Shown here: in pieces, positions 44,175 through 55,923 of the stretch
Layout: every line of letters starts with the position of its first letter
How positions within the stretch are numbered: the first letter of the stretch is position 1
Assembly (NCBI GenBank): GCA_036172245.1
Contig: JAYWIR010000044.1
Location: forward strand, 806,001-870,000
Reading direction: 5' to 3'
DNA from: Raillietiella orientalis
Taxonomy: Eukaryota
DNA length: 64,000 bases
The notes under the pieces: model-generated
What the model saw: the letters and a program-made list of their open reading frames with translations, nothing else
Database searches by the model: none
What the model was told of the DNA's origin: nothing
Program-made: the position numbers and the translations under genes

Positions 44175-47100
44175 CTTTTCGGTGGGAAAGCAGGGGATGG
44201 AAGAGTGGGGCCACAAACGTGGTGCACAGCGCTTCCTCCGCTTCCTGTCCTCCGTAAGGAAAGAGCAGACCTCTGGGGTTCTCCGGCTGGTTGCCGCCTT
44301 CCCGTGTGACGTCGGCTGCATAGATGTCGCTCGGGTACCGCATGCGCGAAGCCACCATCCGGTGCCTGAGCGTCACCAGCCGGCTCTTCGTAAGGCACAG
44401 CGCAGGCCCTGCAGACCGGCAGGCGCTACCGTGGCGCCTTCCGGCCGCCCGTCGGCGGGACCACGGTCGGAGACAGAGCGCTTCCGGGTTGGCGGGGGAG
44501 GGAAGGGAGAGAGGAGCAGATGTGTCGCTGGACTCTCGGTCGGCCGCCGGAGTTTTTACCTCCCTCCTGCAGGCTGCCTGACGCCATGGCTCGGACAAGG
44601 AGGGCTGCATGACCGCGCGGCGGAGAAGCGCCGGTCACCGCCGACGAGGCGGCGCTCAGGGCGCACGCAAGAGCGACAAATGGCACTTGGGGGTCGGGTG
44701 GCTGCGGTCGTGACGCGTTGTAGCGCGCTTTGCCGAACGTCCCCCTCCACAAAGGGTCGACGCGAAAAATGAGGAGTAGGTCCGAGAAGAGGGCGTCCTC
44801 GGCTGTCGGTCGAAAGGGCGGAATGGGTGGATGGTCCATCCGTCGTCCCTTCCTCTTCTGTCCTTGAGCCTGTCCTCACTCGAACCCGTGTTGCATAACG
44901 ACGGGAAGGAGTCTGCGAGGACGCGGGAGAGCGGGCGGATGATGGCAGGGGAGTCGGTAGCACAGGACGCCGGCTCGCCTCTCGTGCCACCTGACGTCAG
45001 AGGGTGTTCGGTGGGCCGACGCGCGGGCGAGTGCGCGCACGCTGATGCCAAAGCCGTCTCCTTGGACGTTTGCCAAACTCCGAGAAGCCAAAGCCCCTCA
45101 GGAGGTGCAAGATTCGACAGCCAGTGGATATGGCGGAAGAGTGGACGCGCGCCACGCCCAAGCCCGGAATCGGAAAGTTGACGCTGGCCGTAACCTCCCC
45201 CTTGCCTCGCGAGGGTGGACTCCGGGTCTCGTGGACGAGGAAATTCCACGCTGACTCCGCGCCCAACGGCGCTTACGAGCGGCTTCCTGGGGCTCTTCGT
45301 GTCGTGCCGCCAGGCGCCGCGTCGCTATCTGGCCTGCCATCCATGTTCGTCGATTCGTTCCGCGCCCGGCAGGCTGGGTCAGCTAAGGTCGGGCGGAGCG
45401 AGGTGCGTGAGCTGATTTGCGGCAGCAGGGCTGCCAGCTTTCCGCTCAGGGCTCCACGCAAGTGGGTTGAGGTCAGGCGCCATCTGGCACTCCGAGCGTT
45501 TCGCCGCGCGCCTGCGCGGGGAAACGCTCGGAGCGGTCGCTGGCACGCGGTGCAAGGGACGCGGGGGAGGATGCCGCGCTTCCCGAGCCGCGGGGAAGAA
45601 AGTGGGGCAGCCGAGCGATGGGGGTCGCTGCCTGATCCCCCGCGAAATCCCCAGGTCTTAGGCGACCTCAGCCTCCCGTATTTCTCGGAGGGACGCGCCC
45701 GCGCTTAAGGGATTAACGTGCAATCGGACGGGAGCTTTCGGGGGCACTTTCGGGAAGTGGAGGGGGGGGGGGAGGAGGATGCGGCGCGAAAATCGCGGGA
45801 AACAGCTGCGTCCCGTTTCCCGGGAGACGCCATCCCGTTCCAGAACGCGAGAAGCCACCGTCCCGGCGGAGACACCTTCTCCACGAATTCCCTTTCCCGG
45901 AAGCTCCGGGTCTGCTCTGCTGGCGCCCGGAAATGTTGGCCCGGCCGCCTCCCTGCCCGCCTCTCCCGGATGCTGTCGCCCGTTTCCCACCTGGCTGGCA
46001 GGGAAGAGGACGCGCCCGGCGGCTGGGTGGACTCGCCTGGGCACCGCCCTCTCTCTCGAGGGCGCCCACCAGCGAGCGGCTGCGCGCGGACGTGGGATGG
46101 TCCCCGTCATTTCCTTCTCCCGCTTCTCCGCAGGTGGCGCCGTTGCGAAGACCGGAGAGACTTCCGGTTTCCGCGCCCGTCGCGCTTCGAGGATAGGTCG
46201 GGTCGCAAGGAGGTCGCACCTCCCCGCTGCGGCAGAACAACGGACCTCGGCGAAGTCATCGTGGAAACGAGAGGAGGTCCCTCGCCGGCACGCTGCCCCC
46301 TGCTCCCGGAAAGGGGAAGCGGTCAAAGAAGCTCGCCGGGATCGAGGGACGGAGGAGGAGATCACCATCCGTGCAGCCGCCGTTTCCCTGACGACCTCCA
46401 CTCTCCCGCCCCTGCTCGCGTTCGATCCGAGCGAGAGTGGGGTCGCCGCCGGTCGCGAGGGTCGCTGGGAGCCGATTCGCCACCGCGCTGACGCTGCGCG
46501 GTCCTCCTGCCGCCTGACGGGATGGCCCGGAGGGAATGCTACCCTCCAGTGCACACTCGGTCGGAGGACCGTGGCCGAGGCTGGAACCCGCTCCGTCGAG
46601 CGGGACGCCGGCCGTGAGGGCGGCGACGCGCCCCTGGAGCGCCGCCGCTCCAGAGCGCTCACCCTGAGCGCTCTGCAGGGTGGACCCCAGCGCTCGATCC
46701 ATTGCCAAGCCACCGAGCGGATGGATCGGAGGTTAGGTTAGGTTCCCCAGCGCTCGGGAGGAAGAGCCCCCTCCTCCTCCCGAGAGCTAGCGCGGTTGCC
46801 AGTTCGATCTTCGGCTCGTGTCCGCCCCCGCGGGCGGCGCGGTCCTGCCGACGCCGCCTCTGTGCCGGAGGGCGCCATCGATCGGGCGGACTGGGATTTC
46901 CGGATGTCGAAGCGCTCGATCGCTTCCGGGTCTCGGGGCCACGGGACGCTCCTACCCTTGCCGGCTTGATCCTCCCTCCCCCCGCAGGCCGCGTTGGGGG
47001 CGACCTCACGAGACTTGCGGTCTCCGCGCTGCGCTGCCGATCTCTTCTTCGCGGCGGGAGGCCCGAGAGCGGCTGCTGGTCAACGAACGCCTCGGGCATG

Positions 47101-48165
47101 GAGCGTCGTGCGGGCGGCGGTTGTCGGTGATGCGTCCCCCGTCCTCCCTGCGCGAGCCGCTAGCCTTCGGTCCGCTCCTCGCGGCTGCGCCGCTCTCATC
47201 CGGCGGAGATCGCGGGTCGTCTCCGGCAGACGGGAACCATGGTGACGGGGTCTCACGGAGCGCGCGGCCGGCTTTCCCTGCCGGCCGAGTCCTCGTCGCT
47301 CCGGGTCGCGCCCGCGGGGGACTCCATCTTTCCCCGCACGTCCCCTTGTCGACTGGCAGCAGGGTCGGCCAGTCCGTTTCGAGGCCCCGGGAGCCCGCAC
47401 CCCAGGACGCAGGGCTGCCGACGGAACCCAACCGTTTCGACCTCGCGCTGGGGACGGGGCTGGGGTGCAGGGAGCGGACGGAAGGGTCACCGAGGAGCTG
47501 CTGCTGTTGCTGCTGCAGTGGCCGCGAGGTGCGCGCCACCCGAGCGCTACGGTAGGGCGTGCGGCCGGGCCTTCCCTGCGGCGCGGCGTTCGCCGCCGGC
47601 AACCCATCTCCTCTGGGGAGCGACCGACGAGGATGCCTCTTCGTCGTGCGGCGAGGCACAGCCTGCCGGGAAGACGGCGGGGGGGAAGACGGACCGAGGC
47701 TTTGATCGGGAACGCCGGGAACTCGAGGCGCTTCGTGTCCAGCGACGGGAGACGTGACACCCGTGCCCCAGCCCGCCGACGCTGGAGCGGACGCAAGGAG
47801 GGCATCCCTCCGCGAGACGGCCGTCGGAAGGCGCCGAACTCGGCTGCGCTGCCGAGCGTGCGCTCCCGCGTCCGGGATTCGAGGGAGTCGTCGCCCGAAT
47901 GGAGCCCCGACGAAGCCGATTCCGCGCTTCGGTGGGTGCTGCCGGGAGGGAGGGAGGGAGGGGAGCCTGACGGGGCATCCAGGCTGAGCTGGAGGCATCG
48001 AGGGGCCTTTTGCCTCTGGACAGGCCCGGGGCTAGCCGCGTAAAACGGCCCCCCGCCGAAATTCTCGTCGCGCTTCTTCGCTGACGTCCGACTCGGGGCA
48101 GCCGGCCTTCAAGTACCCGCCCCACGCCCGTGTGCATTCGCATTGCAGCGTTGCCCCTTTCCCCC

Positions 48166-50230
48166 GCCTTGCTGGCTGTTTGCGCTGATGTCTCGACGCA
48201 AATTCGTGTTTGTGATGATCTGTACACTTGTGCATGCCAAGAAACACGATGTGATGTTTGTGCGGTGTAAGTCTTTTGGCAGAAGGTGGTCTCGGACCAC
48301 AGATGATACGTGGGCACTCAGCAGGGCGTTGTTTCTGCCCCAGCTTTTTCAGAATGCACGCTCGTCCAGGTTTGTTGCCGCCTTTATTGTTTCATTCTTC
48401 TCCGAAGACGGGGAACTCTCCACCACGCTGGTCCTGTCGGCAATCTCGAGATGTATGTTGTTGATGTCTTCCATTCGTGGTTCGACCCGAAGGCCCTTGT
48501 GTGATCTGGAGCCATGCTCTTTCCTTTTCGACTGGCTTTATCCCAAGGATGCAGCCTGCAACGCTGGAAATCCAAGAATTCATCTCGGAAGGGTTTCCAA
48601 GGCAACAAGAGAGGGCCTTCGCAGTGCTCAATTGGATGCTTTCTTTGATGATTCTAGTCCGTTTAGGGGATTTTGGCTGGATGCTTTCAGAACTGGCCAG
48701 GGAACAATGGCGGTCGATGCCTTGGCGGCATTCCTCTTCATTGGTTCAAGCAGCAAGCAATCCATTGAGAAGACGAGCGGAATCCACGTGGTGGATGCTT
48801 CCGTGTCTTCTGTTCGAAGTCTCCTGGAACTCACCCACACTTCCTGCCGTCTGTTGGCATCAGAAACTGCAGATCGGGTGTCTTCTTGCAGTCAGTTTGC
48901 TCCTTGAGAAAGCCTTTCGGAGCAAACCTTTGCCAAGGCCCCGCCGTTACCCCAGGAGACAGGCAAGGTAGGCATCCATCTGCTCTTGGGCTGCGGAAAG
49001 CGAAAGAGGACGGAAGACCCCATTCTTTCGCCTGCCATCTGCTTCCCAGCTTGCAGTAGTGGGTCGATATCACCCCATTAGCGATGAACTTTGGTACGGT
49101 TGAACTCCTTCAACTTCTCCTTGGTTTCTGCACCGCTTGCGAGAACACGAATCAGCGTTGTTGGTGCGATCGCGTCCACTCAGACGCTTCCTTGCATCCA
49201 GGATCCTTGCGAACGGAATGAATTCTCGGATGCACATTCAACAGGACATCTACTGAACACGCGGATAGATCGAGAGCGGACCAGCAGCTCGGATAGGCCG
49301 AGTCGTCCCGCAGGCAGCAACCCTGAGACCGGCGCGCTTGGCACGGAATTGAAAATCCCGCGTGCCGTGAGGAGAAATTCCGTTTCGAATCCCGGCGGGG
49401 GAAGTTATGGACCCTCTTCACACACGCGAGCACATTGAGCATCTAGGGACCAAGTGGGTAACAGAACATTTCAAGTGGGCGCAATAGGTCACCCTAGAGA
49501 ATAAGTCGGCGATCCCGTTTCAACACTCTCTGCGTGTCGCAACGCTCAGTTGCCTGCAGTGTTCGCGACCCACGCTGCAGCGACGTTCCTATTGGATATT
49601 CTCTGCTGATCCCCCAAAGCATCCCTGTCTCCGCATACGCCGAAAAATTACGCAGCTCCCGACGCGGCGTCTGGCAGGACGACTCCCTGCTCCAGATGGG
49701 AGCTAAGGAACGTGGAAGCGGCACCACGATGCATCTGGAATTCCCGGGCGGTTTTTATCACGCGCTGCCATCTGCGAGAAGAATTGGTGCCAAGAGCAGT
49801 GCGTCTTCCGAGTGATCCGCGAGAGCATTCCAGGGATTTCGTGACCAAAAAATGGTCCATTGCAGACGTGCACTTTGGTGAGCACCTTTGCTGACCCTCT
49901 GGTAGGGACCCCCAGCACAGTTATTTACCGATATGTCCTAGCAGCTATTCTCTTGGCCGCGCAGAAGAGTTCCTCATAAGCAAAAGAAACCAATACATCA
50001 AGAAATGACAGAAAAAAGAAACCCTTAGGGCAGAAGACCTTGCCGTACCCGGCACGAAGGAAGAAAGAAATGAAGACGGCAGACTAAAGTCTGTCCTGAC
50101 AGGTCTAGAACCGAAAATTTGAAAACAAAAGAAATGGAGAATACATCAAAATACAAAAGTGCATTTCCACAGTCAGTATGCTGCAAGTAGGACGTCGCGG
50201 AGTGACGCCAGAGAAAACAACAAGCAGGGT
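48166..50230. other. Unique 2065-bp spacer of the palindrome
   Basis: Arm identity ends at ...tttccccc (48165) / ggggg... (50231). The spacer is visibly less GC-rich than the adjacent arm ends. Confidence 0.95.
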
Positions 50231-53200
50231 GGGGGAAAGGGGCAACGCTGCAATGCGAATGCACACGGGCGTGGGGCGGGTACTTGAAGGCCGGCTGCCC
50301 CGAGTCGGACGTCAGCGAAGAAGCGCGACGAGAATTTCGGCGGGGGGCCGTTTTACGCGGCTAGCCCCGGGCCTGTCCAGAGGCAAAAGGCCCCTCGATG
50401 CCTCCAGCTCAGCCTGGATGCCCCGTCAGGCTCCCCTCCCTCCCTCCCTCCCGGCAGCACCCACCGAAGCGCGGAATCGGCTTCGTCGGGGCTCCATTCG
50501 GGCGACGACTCCCTCGAATCCCGGACGCGGGAGCGCACGCTCGGCAGCGCAGCCGAGTTCGGCGCCTTCCGACGGCCGTCTCGCGGAGGGATGCCCTCCT
50601 TGCGTCCGCTCCAGCGTCGGCGGGCTGGGGCACGGGTGTCACGTCTCCCGTCGCTGGACACGAAGCGCCTCGAGTTCCCGGCGTTCCCGATCAAAGCCTC
50701 GGTCCGTCTTCCCCCCCGCCGTCTTCCCGGCAGGCTGTGCCTCGCCGCACGACGAAGAGGCATCCTCGTCGGTCGCTCCCCAGAGGAGATGGGTTGCCGG
50801 CGGCGAACGCCGCGCCGCAGGGAAGGCCCGGCCGCACGCCCTACCGTAGCGCTCGGGTGGCGCGCACCTCGCGGCCACTGCAGCAGCAACAGCAGCAGCT
50901 CCTCGGTGACCCTTCCGTCCGCTCCCTGCACCCCAGCCCCGTCCCCAGCGCGAGGTCGAAACGGTTGGGTTCCGTCGGCAGCCCTGCGTCCTGGGGTGCG
51001 GGCTCCCGGGGCCTCGAAACGGACTGGCCGACCCTGCTGCCAGTCGACAAGGGGACGTGCGGGGAAAGATGGAGTCCCCCGCGGGCGCGACCCGGAGCGA
51101 CGAGGACTCGGCCGGCAGGGAAAGCCGGCCGCGCGCTCCGTGAGACCCCGTCACCATGGTTCCCGTCTGCCGGAGACGACCCGCGATCTCCGCCGGATGA
51201 GAGCGGCGCAGCCGCGAGGAGCGGACCGAAGGCTAGCGGCTCGCGCAGGGAGGACGGGGGACGCATCACCGACAACCGCCGCCCGCACGACGCTCCATGC
51301 CCGAGGCGTTCGTTGACCAGCAGCCGCTCTCGGGCCTCCCGCCGCGAAGAAGAGATCGGCAGCGCAGCGCGGAGACCGCAAGTCTCGTGAGGTCGCCCCC
51401 AACGCGGCCTGCGGGGGGAGGGAGGATCAAGCCGGCAAGGGTAGGAGCGTCCCGTGGCCCCGAGACCCGGAAGCGATCGAGCGCTTCGACATCCGGAAAT
51501 CCCAGTCCGCCCGATCGATGGCGCCCTCCGGCACAGAGGCGGCGTCGGCAGGACCGCGCCGCCCGCGGGGGCGGACACGAGCCGAAGATCGAACTGGCAA
51601 CCGCGCTAGCTCTCGGGAGGAGGAGGGGGCTCTTCCTCCCGAGCGCTGGGGAACCTAACCTAACATCCGATCCATCCGCTCGGTGGCTTGGCAATGGATC
51701 GAGCGCTGGGGTCCACCCTGCAGAGCGCTCAGGGTGAGCGCTCTGGAGCGGCGGCGCTCCAGGGGCGCGTCGCCGCCCTCACGGCCGGCGTCCCGCTCGA
51801 CGGAGCGGGTTCCAGCCTCGGCCACGGTCCTCCGACCGAGTGTGCACTGGAGGGTAGCATTCCCTCCGGGCCATCCCGTCAGGCGGCAGGAGGACCGCGC
51901 AGCGTCAGCGCGGTGGCGAATCGGCTCCCAGCGACCCTCGCGACCGGCGGCGACCCCACTCTCGCTCGGATCGAACGCGAGCAGGGGCGGGAGAGTGGAG
52001 GTCGTCAGGGAAACGGCGGCTGCACGGATGGTGATCTCCTCCTCCGTCCCTCGATCCCGGCGAGCTTCTTTGACCGCTTCCCCTTTCCGGGAGCAGGGGG
52101 CAGCGTGCCGGCGAGGGACCTCCTCTCGTTTCCACGATGACTTCGCCGAGGTCCGTTGTTCTGCCGCAGCGGGGAGGTGCGACCTCCTTGCGACCCGACC
52201 TATCCTCGAAGCGCGACGGGCGCGGAAACCGGAAGTCTCTCCGGTCTTCGCAACGGCGCCACCTGCGGAGAAGCGGGAGAAGGAAATGACGGGGACCATC
52301 CCACGTCCGCGCGCAGCCGCTCGCTGGTGGGCGCCCTCGAGAGAGAGGGCGGTGCCCAGGCGAGTCCACCCAGCCGCCGGGCGCGTCCTCTTCCCTGCCA
52401 GCCAGGTGGGAAACGGGCGCCAGCATCCGGGAGAGGCGGGCAGGGAGGCGGCCGGGCCAACATTTCCGGGCGCCAGCAGAGCAGACCCGGAGCTTCCGGG
52501 AAAGGGAATTCGTGGAGAAGGTGTCTCCGCCGGGACGGTGGCTTCTCGCGTTCTGGAACGGGATGGCGTCTCCCGGGAAACGGGACGCAGCTGTTTCCCG
52601 CGATTTTCGCGCCGCATCCTCCTCCCCCCCCCCCTCCACTTCCCGAAAGTGCCCCCGAAAGCTCCCGTCCGATTGCACGTTAATCCCTTAAGCGCGGGCG
52701 CGTCCCTCCGAGAAATACGGGAGGCTGAGGTCGCCTAAGACCTGGGGATTTCGCGGGGGATCAGGCAGCGACCCCCATCGCTCGGCTGCCCCACTTTCTT
52801 CCCCGCGGCTCGGGAAGCGCGGCATCCTCCCCCGCGTCCCTTGCACCGCGTGCCAGCGACCGCTCCGAGCGTTTCCCCGCGCAGGCGCGCGGCGAAACGC
52901 TCGGAGTGCCAGATGGCGCCTGACCTCAACCCACTTGCGTGGAGCCCTGAGCGGAAAGCTGGCAGCCCTGCTGCCGCAAATCAGCTCACGCACCTCGCTC
53001 CGCCCGACCTTAGCTGACCCAGCCTGCCGGGCGCGGAACGAATCGACGAACATGGATGGCAGGCCAGATAGCGACGCGGCGCCTGGCGGCACGACACGAA
53101 GAGCCCCAGGAAGCCGCTCGTAAGCGCCGTTGGGCGCGGAGTCAGCGTGGAATTTCCTCGTCCACGAGACCCGGAGTCCACCCTCGCGAGGCAAGGGGGA

Positions 53201-54221
53201 GGTTACGGCCAGCGTCAACTTTCCGATTCCGGGCTTGGGCGTGGCGCGCGTCCACTCTTCCGCCATATCCACTGGCTGTCGAATCTTGCACCTCCTGAGG
53301 GGCTTTGGCTTCTCGGAGTTTGGCAAACGTCCAAGGAGACGGCTTTGGCATCAGCGTGCGCGCACTCGCCCGCGCGTCGGCCCACCGAACACCCTCTGAC
53401 GTCAGGTGGCACGAGAGGCGAGCCGGCGTCCTGTGCTACCGACTCCCCTGCCATCATCCGCCCGCTCTCCCGCGTCCTCGCAGACTCCTTCCCGTCGTTA
53501 TGCAACACGGGTTCGAGTGAGGACAGGCTCAAGGACAGAAGAGGAAGGGACGACGGATGGACCATCCACCCATTCCGCCCTTTCGACCGACAGCCGAGGA
53601 CGCCCTCTTCTCGGACCTACTCCTCATTTTTCGCGTCGACCCTTTGTGGAGGGGGACGTTCGGCAAAGCGCGCTACAACGCGTCACGACCGCAGCCACCC
53701 GACCCCCAAGTGCCATTTGTCGCTCTTGCGTGCGCCCTGAGCGCCGCCTCGTCGGCGGTGACCGGCGCTTCTCCGCCGCGCGGTCATGCAGCCCTCCTTG
53801 TCCGAGCCATGGCGTCAGGCAGCCTGCAGGAGGGAGGTAAAAACTCCGGCGGCCGACCGAGAGTCCAGCGACACATCTGCTCCTCTCTCCCTTCCCTCCC
53901 CCGCCAACCCGGAAGCGCTCTGTCTCCGACCGTGGTCCCGCCGACGGGCGGCCGGAAGGCGCCACGGTAGCGCCTGCCGGTCTGCAGGGCCTGCGCTGTG
54001 CCTTACGAAGAGCCGGCTGGTGACGCTCAGGCACCGGATGGTGGCTTCGCGCATGCGGTACCCGAGCGACATCTATGCAGCCGACGTCACACGGGAAGGC
54101 GGCAACCAGCCGGAGAACCCCAGAGGTCTGCTCTTTCCTTACGGAGGACAGGAAGCGGAGGAAGCGCTGTGCACCACGTTTGTGGCCCCACTCTTCCATC
54201 CCCTGCTTTCCCACCGAAAAG

Positions 54222-54686
54222 TATAAGCAAGAGGACGAAGGACCTCCTGAAAATCGCTCTGTGGATCCGCCTGAAGGAATTGCGTCGTAGCGGAGTTCTC
54301 GGCCTCCTGACGCTGCACCGCCTGAGGCAACAGCTCCAGTGGACGGCGCTCGCCCTAGAGGCGAAGTCGTGGAGCACGAACTGGTGCGAGTCCGCGCGAC
54401 ACCTGGTCAAGCGAGCCACCGGCTACGCGGGACTGTCTTCGTTCCTGGCGCAGCGGCGCAGACGAAACGTGTCCAGCTGCGCAGTGCGGCTCCGGCGAAT
54501 GGCCAGGCTGAACAGGACCAACAACTGGATCTTCTTGCAGCTCGCCAACGGTAGCGCCTGGTTGCAGGAAACAGTCTGCACGTGGGCCAAGGACAACGGA
54601 GCGCGCCCGGAAATGCGGCGGCGACTGCCGCGCTCCCCCTACAACACCCGCTCGCTGCAGGACGTCATCGTGCAGCCCCACCACGT
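54222..54686 (+). CDS. Large exon of an unrecognised multi-exon gene (right-arm copy): ISKRTKDLLKIALWIRLKELRR...LNRTNNWIFLQLANGSAWLQETVCTW...DVIVQPHH
   Basis: Stop-free for ~155 codons with strongly C/G-ending codons. An upstream pyrimidine tract ends in AG and there is a GTACGT donor candidate. Boundaries are approximate. Confidence 0.6.
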
Positions 54687-55755
54687 GTACGTGGGCGCAA
54701 CGAGCCTCCCGAGCCGCAGCAGTGCCGTACCTCAGGGAGCAGTAACTGGGCAGTAACCAGCCGGCCGAATGGCAGGGCAGTTGCGAGGCACGTCTTCGGA
54801 CGAAGGAATGAGGTGGTTGTTCGACCACGGGGAGGCTCACGGAAACCGCAACCCCAAGTGGTCTACCGAAAGGATTGTAGCGGTGAGGTGAGCTGCTGGG
54901 AATCCCACAGGACGATCCGTCCAGTTGCCCCTCAGTGCTGAAGAACAACGGGATCCTCCCCGTGAAGTGGAAGGAGTCGGCCCTTCTGCTGCTGCACTGG
55001 GGTCACTCGTCCAACGCCTGCCGCTCTCGCTAGATCCGGGGGCTGTGGACCCGAACTGCGGCGGGCGTGGGAAACGGGGAATCCCAGCTTTCGCATCTGC
55101 TCGTAGACTGCGTTGCGCTCCGGACCCTGCGCTTGCGTTACGCAACGGCCCTTGGTGCACCGACGGGCAATCGCAGGTGACGCGTCTTCGTGCGCGATGC
55201 CCTTTCGCCTGGCGCATGCCCAGCAGCTCTTTGCTTCTGCCTACGCGGGATCGCGGCGGCCTGGAGCTACGCGAGGGGAGGACGGCACGATGAGGATGTC
55301 ACCTGCCCTTGGCCCTGCGCTTCCTGCGGACGGCAGCAAGATGGTGGCCCCAGCTGAGGCATACTCGGGTGGAAACTTTCCGTCATCCTGGAAAGGATGC
55401 AGAAGACGTCCTCTGAAACCCGGTGATATCTTTCCTGACCGTCCCTGACCTTTTTTTGCACACATTTTTTGATTTGATTTTGGTTTTTGTTCGCCCCTTC
55501 CCCCTCCGCCGGGCGGCGAGGCGAACCTCGCCGGCCTGGAGCAGCACTTCCCGTTTACTCGGCAGGTTCCGAGCATTTTCGGACGATGTAGGGCAGATGG
55601 TCCCCCTACACATGTATGTATGCTTATTATTTTCATAAGAAACGTCGCGCCGCGAGCGGGTGATGAACCAGCTGGAAAAACTTAGCGGTCGCTCTTTCCG
55701 TACGGAGGTCAGGAAGCGGAAGAAGCAGAGTGATGTGGGGCGACGGGCGTCCCAG

Positions 55756-55923
55756 ATGAACAAGAAGAGGAACTGCGGAAGTCAGTCGCCTCCTGGTTCC
55801 TGAAGGAGCTCCTGCAGTCGAAGAGGACGATCGAGCGGGACAAGACGATGGTCCTTCGGGAGGAGGTGCTCGTCTTCGACCTGCACGGGGTCGCCCGGGC
55901 CCTGGCTGCTCCCCTTTTTTCGG
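55756..55923 (+). CDS. Probable exon of the same unrecognised gene (EQEEELRKSVASWFLKELLQSKRTIERDKTMVLREEVLVFDLHGVARALAAPLF)
   Basis: cccag acceptor, GC3-rich codons, phase-compatible with a short upstream exon 55640-55687. Donor uncertain. Confidence 0.5.

Larger units (their letters stand above)
34397..48165. repeat. Left arm of giant inverted repeat (>=13.8 kb; its true outer limit cannot be seen)
   Basis: Reverse complement of 50231-64000. Mirrored ORF pairs sum to 98395-98397, and the last bases of the window match 34397 onward. Confidence 0.99.

Noticed and set aside
45658..48043. Stacks of 250-350 aa ORFs in all frames near the inner arm ends (and their mirrors)
   Set aside because: Extreme GC content suppresses stops; no consistent frame or recognisable domain could be chosen.
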